A DNA stretch of 64,000 bases from an uncultured Bacilli bacterium (GCA_934119965.1 CAKOTA010000001.1:64129-128128), one strand, 5' to 3'; numbered from the stretch's first letter, positions 20,100 through 29,175 are shown. Notes: generated from the letters alone by a model not told the origin. Program-made: numbers and translations.

Positions 20100-20316
20100 A
20101 AGCGAGTATAGAAGCTGTTTTATTTAAGACTCCTAAAAAAGTTAAGATTTTTAAAATTAATATTTTAATACTAATGTAATCAGGATTGTATTCAATAGCT
20201 ATTTTAAAATTATCTTCATTATTAATAATTATATTTGAAACGCCATTTAGCGATAATAAATATGAATCAAAATCCTTATATATAAAACAATCCAATATTA
20301 AAACTAATTTTTCCAT
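20086..20316 (-). CDS. Small hypothetical protein, possibly a degenerate HMA-like paralogue lacking CxxC
   Basis: 76 aa. Overlaps the downstream HMA-like ORF by 14 nt. Length and predicted strand/helix order are similar. Confidence 0.3.
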   Translation of the reverse strand: MEKLVLILDCFIYKDFDSYLLSLNGVSNIIINNEDNFKIAIEYNPDYISIKILILKILTFLGVLNKTASILAFDKC

Positions 20317-20378
20317 ATTATATTCTTCACAAAAAGTTAAATTAATTTTTAAAACAATTATAACATATATTTTTTAAT

Positions 20379-20786
20379 TTATTTGCTTAATACTTTTACT
20401 ACAGAATTTACTTTTTCTTGAAATTCATCTATAGTTAAACCTTCATCATTTGGGTTAGTTATTAATGTACCGTTATAACACTTTATTACTGAGTTAACCC
20501 CTTTTTCTGCACAAAAAACTAATTCATCTATTTCATCTCTATTTAATCTTTTTCCACGATAATACATCAAGCTATAATTTTTTCTCTTCTCGTATATTAC
20601 TTTACCATTATCCAAAGTAACTTCTGCTATATCAAAAAATCTAAAATAAGAAACTAGATTATTATTAAATTTTAATGGGTTTATTTCATTTTCATGAATG
20701 TTTCTAACTATTGATTCAAATTGTGTACCTTTATCAGTATTTACTGGAAAAAATTCTTCCACATAATGTTTAATTATTGTTTGCAT
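20379..20786 (-). CDS. Hypothetical protein (135 aa)
   Basis: The ATG at 20786 is preceded by AAAAGGAGGAAAA. The longer 158-aa ORF version has no RBS. Confidence 0.5.
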   Translation of the reverse strand: MQTIIKHYVEEFFPVNTDKGTQFESIVRNIHENEINPLKFNNNLVSYFRFFDIAEVTLDNGKVIYEKRKNYSLMYYRGKRLNRDEIDELVFCAEKGVNSVIKCYNGTLITNPNDEGLTIDEFQEKVNSVVKVLSK

Positions 20787-20865
20787 TTGTTTTCCTCCTT
20801 TTAAATTGTTACTAATTATTATAAACTTTTTTTTGGTTATTTGTAATATCATCAAATGTTTTTTA

Positions 20866-21349
20866 AGATGAATTATAAACTTGCTGGAAGGGTAAATCAG
20901 TCACATGTTTCTAAATTAGGAGTTCAAAGAATTATTGAAATTGCTTGATGGTTCATTATTTTATTTAGATGGAAAAAAAGTTTGATACATCAAAGTTAAC
21001 AATTGTAGGGGTAGGGGGTTTACTGGAATTATAAATAGTGATAATTATAGTCAATTAACAACTAATGATTTTATTGAGTATGGAATAATAAGATAATTAA
21101 TTGGTAGATTTTCAAAAACTATTTGATATGTTAGATGTTGAATTTGTTTATAATGATGAATTTATAGAATATATAGCCGAAATCGCAATAAAAAGACAAA
21201 GTGGGGCTAGAAGTTTAAAGAATGTCTTCGATGATTGTATTAGTAGTGCATTATTTAGAATCTTCGCAGGTGAATATTCAAGCATTTCATTAGTGAAACC
21301 AAGCGACGACAATAAAAAACCTTACGTTTTGTCTAAAAATAATAGATAA
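20866..21349 (+). pseudogene. clpX: Decayed 3-prime half of a clpX-like AAA+ unfoldase gene
   Basis: Pieces in three frames match the ClpX order: VSKLGVQRIIEIA* (compare VSGEGVQQALLKIIEG), FDTSKLTIVGVGGLLEL* (compare IDTSNILFICGGAFDGL), DFIEYGIIR*LIGRFSKTI* (compare DLIKFGLIPEFIGRLP) and FQKLFDMLDVEFVYNDEFIEYIAEIAIKRQSGARSLKNVF (sensor-2 GARGLR region). Walker A/B half is absent. Confidence 0.75.
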
Positions 21350-21395
21350 TCTTATGAATACAAATTTGTAAATGTATTTTGTAAGTTGCCAAAAT

Positions 21396-21431
21396 AAAAC
21401 TACCTTCACTTTAATCTGAAGATAGTTTTTT
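21396..21431 (+). terminator. Rho-independent terminator downstream of the clpX relic
   Basis: 13-bp stem AAAACTACCTTCA / TGAAGATAGTTTT with one mismatch, followed by a T-run. Confidence 0.5.
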
Positions 21432-21534
21432 ATATTGTTTCGATTGCGTAAATGGTAATATGAAATGTCATAAAAATTTCAAAGTAAAAATGTCACAATT
21501 TTTAAAATATAGGTGGCGTTTTTTATTATATTTT

Positions 21535-21561
21535 GGTCTTGTTTTTGGTCTTGTTTTTGTC
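21535..21561. repeat. 12-nt tandem repeat, about 2.2 copies
   Basis: ggtcttgttttt ggtcttgttttt gtc, in intergenic DNA. Confidence 0.7.
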
Positions 21562-21674
21562 AAATATTAGTGTAATTTTCAACAAATTATGATTGACAAA
21601 TAGACTAAAAAATATTTACAAAATCCTTATAAACAAAGAAAATCCTTGAATTTTCAAGAATTTTAATTTCTTAA

Positions 21675-21759
21675 TGGTGCGAGTGAAGGGACTTGAACCC
21701 CCATGTCGTAAGACACTAGATCCTAAGTCTAGCGCGTCTGCCAATTTCGCCACACTCGC
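21675..21759 (-). tRNA. tRNA-Leu (anticodon UAG)
   Basis: Reverse complement folds as a cloverleaf. Acceptor is GCGAGTG/CACTCGC plus ACCA. Anticodon arm is CTAGA-CTTAGGA-TCTAG. Has a long variable arm and a GTTCAAGTC T-loop. Confidence 0.9.
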
Positions 21760-21769
21760 AAATAAAAAA

Positions 21770-21846
21770 TGGTGGACCCTATAGGACTCGAACCTATGAC
21801 CGCACGGTTATGAGCCGCGTGCTCTAACCAACTGAGCTAAGGGTCC
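21770..21846 (-). tRNA. tRNA with CAU anticodon (elongator Met or lysidine-modified Ile2; not distinguishable here)
   Basis: Acceptor is GGACCCT/AGGGTCC plus ACCA. Anticodon loop is CTCATAA. T arm is ATAGG-TTCGAGT-CCTAT. 77 nt. Confidence 0.9.
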
Positions 21847-21866
21847 ATACTTATCAGTACTCCTAC

Positions 21867-21895
21867 ATAATAACATAAATTAAGAATATATGCAA
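21867..21895 (-). promoter_or_regulatory. Sigma-A type promoter for the two-tRNA operon
   Basis: On the minus strand: TTGCAT, 17-nt spacer, TGtTATTAT. It ends about 20 nt upstream of the tRNA-CAU 5-prime end. Confidence 0.55.
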
Positions 21896-21958
21896 TAAAA
21901 AAATCGAAAAAATGAGTAAAAAAATTAAAAAATCATAGTATACTTAACTAAATAGATA

Positions 21959-21967
21959 TGATATAAT
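21959..21967 (+). promoter_or_regulatory. Extended -10 element (TGaTATAAT) upstream of cysS
   Basis: Read directly, about 20 nt upstream of the cysS ATG. No good -35 element. Confidence 0.45.
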
Positions 21968-21986
21968 TAATCAAGGAAGTGATAAT

Positions 21987-23384
21987 ATGAAAATATATAA
22001 TACTCTTACTAAAAAATTAGAGGAATTTAAATCAATTGAACCTAATAAAGTTAAAATGTATACATGTGGTCCTACAGTATATAATTATGCTCATATAGGT
22101 AATTTGAGAACATATATATCAGAAGATATATTAGAAAAATCACTTAACTATATTGGCTATGATGTTGAAAGATGTATGAATATAACTGATGTTGGACACT
22201 TAGTTAGTGATTCTGATACTGGCGAAGATAAAATGTCAGTTGCAGCTTCTAGAGAACATAAATCTGTTCTAGATATAGCGGAGTTTTATAAAAATGCATT
22301 TTTTAGTGATATTGAAAAACTCAACATAAAAAAACCAAAATATATTAGTAATGCTACTGATAATATTGATGAATATATAAAAGTAATTTCAAAATTATTA
22401 GAAAATGATTATGCTTATATATCAAATGGTAATGTATATTTTGATACTGAAAAATATGATAAATACTATGAGCTATCTGGAAGAAATAAAGAAGAATTAT
22501 TAATCGCAGCTCGTGAAAGTGTTGAAGAAGACTTAGGAAAGAAAAATCCAGCTGATTTTGGATTATGGTTTACAAATTCAAAATTTAATAATCAAGAATT
22601 AAAATGGGATTCACCTTGGGGAGTAGGGTATCCAGGATGGCATATTGAATGTTCTTGTATATCTATGAAATTTTTAGGAGAAAATTTAGATATCCATTGT
22701 GGTGCTATCGACGCTATATTTCCACATCATACTAATGAAATAGCCCAATCAGAATGTTATTTAGGACATAAATGGTGTAACTACTGGGTTCATATGGAAT
22801 TTTTAAATGATGCAACAGGTAAAATGAGTAAATCTAAAGGAGAATTTCTAACACTTTCATTATTAGAAGAAAAAGAATACAAACCATTAGAATATAGATA
22901 TTTTTGTTTAGGAAGTCATTATCGTAAACAATTAGTCTTCACATATGATGCTTTAGAAATTGCTAAAACAAGTTATAATAAACTAATAAATAAAATTAAA
23001 ACAATAAAAAAAGATAATAACGAACTAAACAATGAATTAATAAAAGAATATCAAAAAAAATTTAAAGAAGCCTTAGAAAATGATTTAAATACATCTTCTG
23101 CTTTAACACTTCTTTATGATGTTATAAAAGATGAAAACTTAAATAATAACTCAAAACTATATTTAATCGAAGATTTTGACAAAGTATTATCTTTAAACTT
23201 AATTAGTGAAGAAACAGAAATAGATGAAAAAACAAAACAATATATTGAAGAAATGATTTTGAAAAGAAAAGAAGCTAAAATAAATAAAGATTTTGAATTA
23301 GCAGACAAAATAAGAAATGAATTATTAGAAAAAGGAATAGCAATAAAAGATACTAGAGAAGGAACAACTTACGAAATAATATAA
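21987..23384 (+). CDS. cysS: Cysteine--tRNA ligase
   Basis: HIGN and KMSKS class-I signatures, a CGPTVY N-terminus and a WHIECS zinc site. 465 aa. Confidence 0.95.
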   Translation: MKIYNTLTKKLEEFKSIEPNKVKMYTCGPTVYNYAHIGNLRTYISEDILEKSLNYIGYDVERCMNITDVGHLVSDSDTGEDKMSVAASREHKSVLDIAEFYKNAFFSDIEKLNIKKPKYISNATDNIDEYIKVISKLLENDYAYISNGNVYFDTEKYDKYYELSGRNKEELLIAARESVEEDLGKKNPADFGLWFTNSKFNNQELKWDSPWGVGYPGWHIECSCISMKFLGENLDIHCGAIDAIFPHHTNEIAQSECYLGHKWCNYWVHMEFLNDATGKMSKSKGEFLTLSLLEEKEYKPLEYRYFCLGSHYRKQLVFTYDALEIAKTSYNKLINKIKTIKKDNNELNNELIKEYQKKFKEALENDLNTSSALTLLYDVIKDENLNNNSKLYLIEDFDKVLSLNLISEETEIDEKTKQYIEEMILKRKEAKINKDFELADKIRNELLEKGIAIKDTREGTTYEII

Positions 23385-23385
23385 T

Positions 23386-24081
23386 ATGGATATTTATACA
23401 TTACAATTAGAAAATTTTTTAACATTTTTACTTTTCATAATAGGAATCATAATAGTTGGTTATGCACAAATTAAAATTAATGTCACATATTCAAAATATA
23501 AAAAAATAGAAAATACTAAAAAAATATCAGGTAGCGAAGCTGCTAGAGAAATCTTAAAAGCAAATGGTCTAGACAATATTTATGTAGTTGAAACAAGTGG
23601 TGAATTAACTGATCATTATGATCCAACTAGAAAAGTTATCAAATTATCATCTGATATTTTTCATGGTAAAACTATAGCTGCAATGGCTGTAGCTGCTCAT
23701 GAATGTGGACATGCTATTCAAGATAAAGAAAATTATACATTTATGAGAATTCGTCATATGCTAGTTCCAATCGTAAATTTAGTAAGTTATATAGGATATT
23801 TTTCAATTTTAATAGGTTTTTTAGCAGGTTTAACAGGTTATTTGTTAGCAGGTATTATTACCTTGTCAGCAACTATAATTTTTCAATTAGTAACATTACC
23901 AGTTGAATTTGATGCCTCAAAAAGAGCAAGAGAACAAATTTTAAAATTAAACTTAGATAATGATGATACAGGAATTAGATCAATGCTAAGTGCAGCCGCA
24001 TTTACTTATGTTGCATCATTAATATCAACAATACTAAATTTACTTAGATTAATAATAATGTTTAATAAAAGGGATGAATAA
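23386..24081 (+). CDS. YugP-type membrane zinc metallopeptidase (putative neutral zinc metallopeptidase family)
   Basis: N-terminal TM, HECGHAIQ zinc motif and two C-terminal TM spans. 231 aa. Confidence 0.8.
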   Translation: MDIYTLQLENFLTFLLFIIGIIIVGYAQIKINVTYSKYKKIENTKKISGSEAAREILKANGLDNIYVVETSGELTDHYDPTRKVIKLSSDIFHGKTIAAMAVAAHECGHAIQDKENYTFMRIRHMLVPIVNLVSYIGYFSILIGFLAGLTGYLLAGIITLSATIIFQLVTLPVEFDASKRAREQILKLNLDNDDTGIRSMLSAAAFTYVASLISTILNLLRLIIMFNKRDE

Positions 24082-24110
24082 TCTCTTTTATTTACTTTAT
24101 AATAAAAAAA

Positions 24111-24119
24111 TGTTATAAT
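24111..24119 (+). promoter_or_regulatory. Extended -10 element (TGtTATAAT)
   Basis: About 28 nt upstream of the ATG at 24147. Confidence 0.45.
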
Positions 24120-24146
24120 TTACTTAAGATAAGCTATGGTGATTGT

Positions 24147-25706
24147 ATGAATGAGACATATTTAAATGAATATTTTAGATATATTAGAGCAGTTTTTTTA
24201 AGAGAATATTCAAAATATTTAAGTGAAGAAAAAATAAATAAAATTAGAAATATGGATAATATTTTTAAAGTTGATGATATAAGTAAATATAAGATTTTTA
24301 TAACTGATAAAATAAATGTCTGTACAAATATTGTAGACTTTATAAAAGAAAACAATTTAAATAATGATTCTGACTTAAGGGATATATCAATCGATGGAAG
24401 AATTTATGTTAAATATCTACTAGATAATAAAAATACACCAATCAAATTTATCTTAGATACAATTTTAGAAACAATTATAAGATATTTTATTGGAAATTGT
24501 GATGATGTTATTAAAATAGGAACAGTCGATATGATTACCGAATATTTAGCTCAAAAATATAATTTAAAAAATGTTAGACCATATAAATCTAAAGAAATGG
24601 AAGTAGCATCTAAAATAAAAGAATTAGTAACTGATGATATATTCTACGAATCAGTATTAAATGATAAAAATCAAATAGTAGATAAATATAATGAATATAT
24701 TAATGGTGAATTATATGGCTTGGATTATGAAAACTTAGTAAAAGAATTAAATAAAGAATATTTTGATGGTTACTACAAAAAAATAGGAAAAGTATATTTT
24801 TCTGATACTTTATATGATTATGAAAATATTAATTATAATAAAATATTAAATGAATTAAATAAAATTAATGAATATCATAATAAAGATATTAATACTAAAA
24901 TAAATCGTATTTTATCAGCTAAAAGAGGAATAGAAGAGTTAAAAAATCACTTACTTATTTTTAGTAATAATGAGCAATTTTTAATAAATAACTCACTTAT
25001 TGAGATTGATAGTATTTTAAATAAAATTGATGAATCAAATATTGAAATAAATTATCCAAAATTTGAAAAAATTGAAGAACAATTGTTTCCTTTAATTCAA
25101 AAACTATGGAAAAAAGAAATCAACAATCCACTATACTATACAGAGGAGAATAATTTTAAATTTTTAATAGGCGATCATCATGATAATAGATTAACAGAAA
25201 CAAGATTAGTTTCTAATTATCAATTGGATAAAATTCCTTGCAAAATAAAAGAATATGGATTTATATATGGTGTAAATGATAATATCGTTTATTCATCTAC
25301 AAAAAACTTTTTATACTCATTTCATAATGATGAATTAGAAATAGATGATATAAGTGATTCAAAATTAATAACTCCAAATATAATTATAAATGATAACCTA
25401 AAAAATAATAATTTAACAGGTAAAATTTTATTAGAAAACGCCATACCTTGTGGTATATATGTTATAAGTGATATTGAATCAAAATATTATGAAAAAGCTT
25501 TGGAACTAGCTGATAAATATGAATTACCACTTGTAAAAATAAATTGTATACCACCACAAATAAAAAACGAAAAAATAGAAATACCTGAACAAAAAGAAAA
25601 AATAATTGAAAAACAACCAAAAATATCATTAAAAGATAGACTTAAAAAGTTTAGTCATAAAATGATTTATGATGAAGAAATAGAAGAATTTAAAAAGACA
25701 ATATAA
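24147..25706 (+). CDS. Hypothetical protein (519 aa)
   Basis: RBS GGTGA. Long uninterrupted ORF with no recognisable motif. Confidence 0.55.
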   Translation: MNETYLNEYFRYIRAVFLREYSKYLSEEKINKIRNMDNIFKVDDISKYKIFITDKINVCTNIVDFIKENNLNNDSDLRDISIDGRIYVKYLLDNKNTPIKFILDTILETIIRYFIGNCDDVIKIGTVDMITEYLAQKYNLKNVRPYKSKEMEVASKIKELVTDDIFYESVLNDKNQIVDKYNEYINGELYGLDYENLVKELNKEYFDGYYKKIGKVYFSDTLYDYENINYNKILNELNKINEYHNKDINTKINRILSAKRGIEELKNHLLIFSNNEQFLINNSLIEIDSILNKIDESNIEINYPKFEKIEEQLFPLIQKLWKKEINNPLYYTEENNFKFLIGDHHDNRLTETRLVSNYQLDKIPCKIKEYGFIYGVNDNIVYSSTKNFLYSFHNDELEIDDISDSKLITPNIIINDNLKNNNLTGKILLENAIPCGIYVISDIESKYYEKALELADKYELPLVKINCIPPQIKNEKIEIPEQKEKIIEKQPKISLKDRLKKFSHKMIYDEEIEEFKKTI

Positions 25707-25756
25707 TTAGAAAAAATACGACAAATAGATATTGTAATATATTATTGGTGAAATAT

Positions 25757-26170
25757 ATGAATAAATACTATTTGTTTATTATTGATAAAAAATTAATTAA
25801 AGAATATAAGAACAAATCATATGTTTTATATAAATTACTAGAAACATTATATAAAAGTGAAACATATGATTTTTGTTATGGAATAAAAATATATTGGCAA
25901 ATATGTAATAATATATCAGTAAAACTTTTAAGTAATTATATAAATAATAGGATTAATACAATCAAAATAAATGAAAAAATAATAAAATTAAAGAATGAGA
26001 AAACTTATATTCAATTGATGTATCCCTGTATTATTGTAAAAACCAAAAATAAAAAAAATAATATATTTAAAATTTTTAACATATATAATAGAGATATATT
26101 TGTTTGTGACTTTGAAAATAAAGATTATTATTGGTTAAATGAGTATTTAAAAATAGGCAAATATAATTAA
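25757..26170 (+). CDS. Possible SirA-like sporulation inhibitor of replication
   Basis: RBS TGGTGA before the ATG at 25757. The N-terminal YYLFIIDKKLIKEY and C-terminal FVCDFENKDYYWLN segments resemble remembered B. subtilis SirA ends (YYTYLIKEEF ... MDFNSKRYGWLN). Size is similar, about 140 aa. Confidence 0.35.
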   Translation: MNKYYLFIIDKKLIKEYKNKSYVLYKLLETLYKSETYDFCYGIKIYWQICNNISVKLLSNYINNRINTIKINEKIIKLKNEKTYIQLMYPCIIVKTKNKKNNIFKIFNIYNRDIFVCDFENKDYYWLNEYLKIGKYN

Positions 26171-26200
26171 TTTTTACATACAATATTATAGGTGGTCAAT

Positions 26201-26554
26201 ATGAGTAAAATAGCTGAATTTAAAGATTTTGTTAAAACTAATCCTTCACTTTTAAAATATGTAAATAATAATGAAATGAGTTGGCAAAAATTTTATGAAA
26301 TGTATGATTTATATGGTAGTGATAATTCAATTTGGAACAAATATTTAAGCAAAACAGAAGTAGTAGCTGAAAGTACTAAAGCGGTAGGATTTGCTGATGT
26401 ACTAGGTTGGCTAAAAAATATCGATTTGGATTCATTTCAAAATAATATAAACAGTATTCAAAGAGTAGTAGGAGTTCTTCAAGATTTAGGAACTAACGAA
26501 ACAAAAAAAGAAACTTATAAACCTAGACCGGTTTATAAACATTTTGAGGATTAA
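26201..26554 (+). CDS. YlbD-like protein
   Basis: FKDFVKTNPSLLKYVNNNEMSWQKFYEMYDLYG resembles the YlbD N-terminus. Lies directly upstream of ylbE-like and rsmD genes, as in Bacillus. Confidence 0.5.
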   Translation: MSKIAEFKDFVKTNPSLLKYVNNNEMSWQKFYEMYDLYGSDNSIWNKYLSKTEVVAESTKAVGFADVLGWLKNIDLDSFQNNINSIQRVVGVLQDLGTNETKKETYKPRPVYKHFED

Positions 26555-26775
26555 TGACTTTAGAAGTTCAATATAATTTAAAATCGAATCCAATTTATAT
26601 TAAATATTTGAGAGAAAATTCCAATTGGTATAAGATATTAAATCGTGATCCGAATTCTTTTAAGCAATTTGTAGAAGAAGTTAAAATGAATTATAAATTA
26701 AGACCAGCAGATAAAATATCTAAAGCTTTAGAAACAATTGAAGTACTACAAAGTGTATTATCAACAATAAAATGA
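26554..26775 (+). CDS. YlbE-like protein
   Basis: MTLEVQYNLKSNPIYIKYLRENSNWYKILNRDP matches the YlbE-like N-terminal pattern. TAATG junction with the previous gene. Confidence 0.55.
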   Translation: MTLEVQYNLKSNPIYIKYLRENSNWYKILNRDPNSFKQFVEEVKMNYKLRPADKISKALETIEVLQSVLSTIK

Positions 26776-26820
26776 CTTTATATTTAAAATTATAAATGAT
26801 ATACTATATGTGGTGATTTT

Positions 26821-27348
26821 ATGCGAATTATAAGTGGTAAATATAAAGGAAGAAATATTAAAGGTTATGATATAGATGGAACAAGGCCAACTATGGATAG
26901 GGTAAAAGAGTCACTATTTGGAAGTATTCAAAATTATATTCCAAATAGTGTTTGTTTAGATTTGTTTGCCGGTAGTGGTTCTTTAGGAATTGAAGCTATA
27001 AGTAATGGAGCACAAATTTGTTATTTCAATGATTCTAACAAAGAAGTAGTTAAATTTTTAAAAGAAAATTTGAAGGGTATAGATAATTATGTTATTTCTA
27101 ATAAAGAATATAATAAATTTTTAAATGAAACAAATGAACAATTTGATATAATTTTTTTAGATCCACCTTATAAAATGAATTTAATAAATCCATCAATTGA
27201 TATAATTATCAAAAGAAATTTGCTAAAGGAAAATGGATTAATAATTTGTGAATATGAAACAGAACAAATTAAATGTGACTTAAAATTAATTAAAGAAAAA
27301 AAATATGGTTCTAAAAAAATAAATATATATAAAAACGAGTTAATATAA
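26821..27348 (+). CDS. rsmD: 16S rRNA (guanine966-N2)-methyltransferase
   Basis: RPTMDRVKESLF, DLFAGSGSLGIEAISNGA and DPPY motifs. 175 aa. Confidence 0.85.
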   Translation: MRIISGKYKGRNIKGYDIDGTRPTMDRVKESLFGSIQNYIPNSVCLDLFAGSGSLGIEAISNGAQICYFNDSNKEVVKFLKENLKGIDNYVISNKEYNKFLNETNEQFDIIFLDPPYKMNLINPSIDIIIKRNLLKENGLIICEYETEQIKCDLKLIKEKKYGSKKINIYKNELI

Positions 27349-27357
27349 CTCGTTTTT
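27331..27357. terminator. Bidirectional palindromic terminator shared by convergent rsmD and the lipoprotein gene
   Basis: AAAAACGAGTT aatat AACTCGTTTTT. A/T runs lie on both sides and both stop codons lie inside the hairpin. Confidence 0.7.
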
Positions 27358-28194
27358 AAGTGTTTCAATATTTTCATTTAACAAAGAAATATAATCTTCA
27401 TTTAATTTTCTTTCATCATCAGTAAGATTTGAAAGAGTTTTAAACTCTAATGGTTCTAATTCATATTCACTAATAAAACTTTGAACAGTAGAATTTAAAT
27501 TAGCTTTATCAAAAGTAAATATATAATTAATATTATCTTCTTCAATAGCTTTTTTAGCGTCAGATAAAATTTTATCAGTAAGTGTAGCGCCTTCTTCTAA
27601 AGAAATAACAGTAAATCCGTATTTTTCTAAATATTTGAAAACATTACTATCAACAATAATTGTTGAACTATCAGCATTCTCACTTAATAATTTTAATCTT
27701 GCATCTATATTTGAAATTTCTACTTTTAAACTTTCATAATTTTCTTCAATCTCGTTTTTTAAATAATGATTTTCAATATATTCAGTTAATCCATTTTTAA
27801 TATTTAAAGCCATCATTAGAAAATTTGAGGGATCTAACCATAATTCATTATTTGAATAATTATATTCCATTGTACTACTAGCATCAATAATCATTAGATT
27901 TTTGTTATATTTAAACATTTCTGAAACATAATCTTTTTCTTTTGAAAGCCCATTAAATATATACATATTTGAACTACTATAATCTTTGATTTGTTTTTTT
28001 GTTAACTCATAATTATCTATATTAACTTCATCAGGATAAATACTATAAACATTACTATGATTACCATATAATTTTGTCACAATATATTCGATTGGATACA
28101 CAGTAGTATAAATATCAATTCCATCTAGATTATCCTGTTTAAAACATCCTGTAAGTAAAAATAACATAAGTAACATTGGTATTAATTTTTTCAT
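27340..28194 (-). CDS. Lipoprotein, probable metal (Zn/Mn) ABC-type substrate-binding protein of the ZnuA/TroA family
   Basis: Lipobox LLTGC. Size and the N-terminal [17 protein letters not shown] segment resemble cluster-9 SBPs. No partner permease or ATPase gene is adjacent. Confidence 0.5.
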   Translation of the reverse strand: MKKLIPMLLMLFLLTGCFKQDNLDGIDIYTTVYPIEYIVTKLYGNHSNVYSIYPDEVNIDNYELTKKQIKDYSSSNMYIFNGLSKEKDYVSEMFKYNKNLMIIDASSTMEYNYSNNELWLDPSNFLMMALNIKNGLTEYIENHYLKNEIEENYESLKVEISNIDARLKLLSENADSSTIIVDSNVFKYLEKYGFTVISLEEGATLTDKILSDAKKAIEEDNINYIFTFDKANLNSTVQSFISEYELEPLEFKTLSNLTDDERKLNEDYISLLNENIETLKNELY

Positions 28195-28418
28195 TTTATC
28201 TTCCTTTCGTTATCAGGAACTGGATCATATCCTTTAGTACCAAAAGGATTACACCTTAATATTCTTTTAATCGTCAAAAAACTTCCCTTTAAACTTCCAT
28301 ATTTATTAATAGCTTCAATACCATAATTAGAACAAGTAGGTATATGTCTACATTGATAATGAAAATTACCAGGTATTTTTTGATAAAGTTTTATCATTCC
28401 TATCAATATTTTTTTCAT
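28191..28418 (-). CDS. yidD: Membrane protein insertion efficiency factor YidD
   Basis: [15 protein letters not shown] ... RILRCNPF ... GYDPVP motifs. Confidence 0.9.
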   Translation of the reverse strand: MKKILIGMIKLYQKIPGNFHYQCRHIPTCSNYGIEAINKYGSLKGSFLTIKRILRCNPFGTKGYDPVPDNERKIK

Positions 28419-28478
28419 AAATTAATTATACTAAAAATACTTAAATTTGTAAATTGTGATTTTAAAATTTATAAAATG

Positions 28479-28487
28479 TGATATAAT
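28479..28487 (+). promoter_or_regulatory. Extended -10 element (TGaTATAAT) upstream of rnc
   Basis: Read directly, about 17 nt upstream of the rnc ATG. Confidence 0.45.
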
Positions 28488-28503
28488 TTAGTTGGGTGAT
28501 AGT

Positions 28504-29175
28504 ATGGAACTATTAAAAAAATTTAACATTGAAACAAATAATGAAGATTTGTATTTAACTGCTTTAACACATACATCTTTTTCTAATGAAGAAAATGTGC
28601 CTAGTTACGAAAGACTAGAATATCTAGGAGATGCAGTCTTAGAACTAGTAATGAGTGAATATTTATATTTGAATTCAAATGATGATGAAGGCGAAATGAC
28701 GAAACTTAGAAGTCATTATGTGTGTGAACAAGCATTATACGAATATTCAGTAGAACTAGGTTTAAATGAATATTTAAGATTGGGACATGGCGAAGAAGCA
28801 AATGGTGGTAAATATCGTAAAGCAATAGTAGCTGATATTTATGAATCATTTATTGGAGCTTTATTTTTAGATAAAGGATTGGATTGCGCTAAAAAATTTA
28901 TATATGATAGTGCAATCAAACATATAGAAGAAAAAGGATTAAGTTTCTTTGATGATTATAAATCTAAATTACAAGAACTAATTCAAACAGATAAAAGAAG
29001 TCTAGAATATGTAATTATAGCTGAAGAAGGACCAGCCCATAATAAGACATTTACAGCCGAAGTCAAAATAGACGATGTTGTTTATGGAGTGGGTGTTGCC
29101 CATAGTAAAAAAGAAGCAGAACAAGAAGCAGCTAAAAGTGCTTTAGAAAAAAGTGTAGGTGAAACTAATGATTAA
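28504..29175 (+). CDS. rnc: Ribonuclease III
   Basis: ERLEYLGDAVLEL signature and a C-terminal dsRBD (PAHNKTFTAEV ... SKKEAEQEAAKSAL). The ATG after GGGTGA is preferred over the upstream TTG at 28492. Confidence 0.9.
   Translation: MELLKKFNIETNNEDLYLTALTHTSFSNEENVPSYERLEYLGDAVLELVMSEYLYLNSNDDEGEMTKLRSHYVCEQALYEYSVELGLNEYLRLGHGEEANGGKYRKAIVADIYESFIGALFLDKGLDCAKKFIYDSAIKHIEEKGLSFFDDYKSKLQELIQTDKRSLEYVIIAEEGPAHNKTFTAEVKIDDVVYGVGVAHSKKEAEQEAAKSALEKSVGETND

Noticed and set aside
21535-21561. 12-nt tandem repeat considered as a CRISPR fragment or att site.
   Set aside because: There are only about 2.2 contiguous copies with no spacers. No cas genes are present and it does not match the adjacent tRNA 3-prime ends. 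It is kept only as a minor repeat feature.
18302-21900. An intact integrative element or prophage at the tRNA-Leu/tRNA-CAU locus.
   Set aside because: No integrase, recombinase, transposase or phage structural genes are present. I could not find a direct repeat of the tRNA 3-prime end at the far boundary. At most this is a degraded remnant.
21847-21986. A T-box or other leader upstream of cysS.
   Set aside because: The distance from the candidate promoter to the ATG is only about 20 nt. No T-box sequence or terminator hairpin is present.
27340-28194. Calling the lipoprotein a complete zinc uptake system (znuABC).
   Set aside because: Only the substrate-binding-protein-like gene is present, with no adjacent permease or ATPase and no His-rich loop visible. 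The family assignment itself is moderate.
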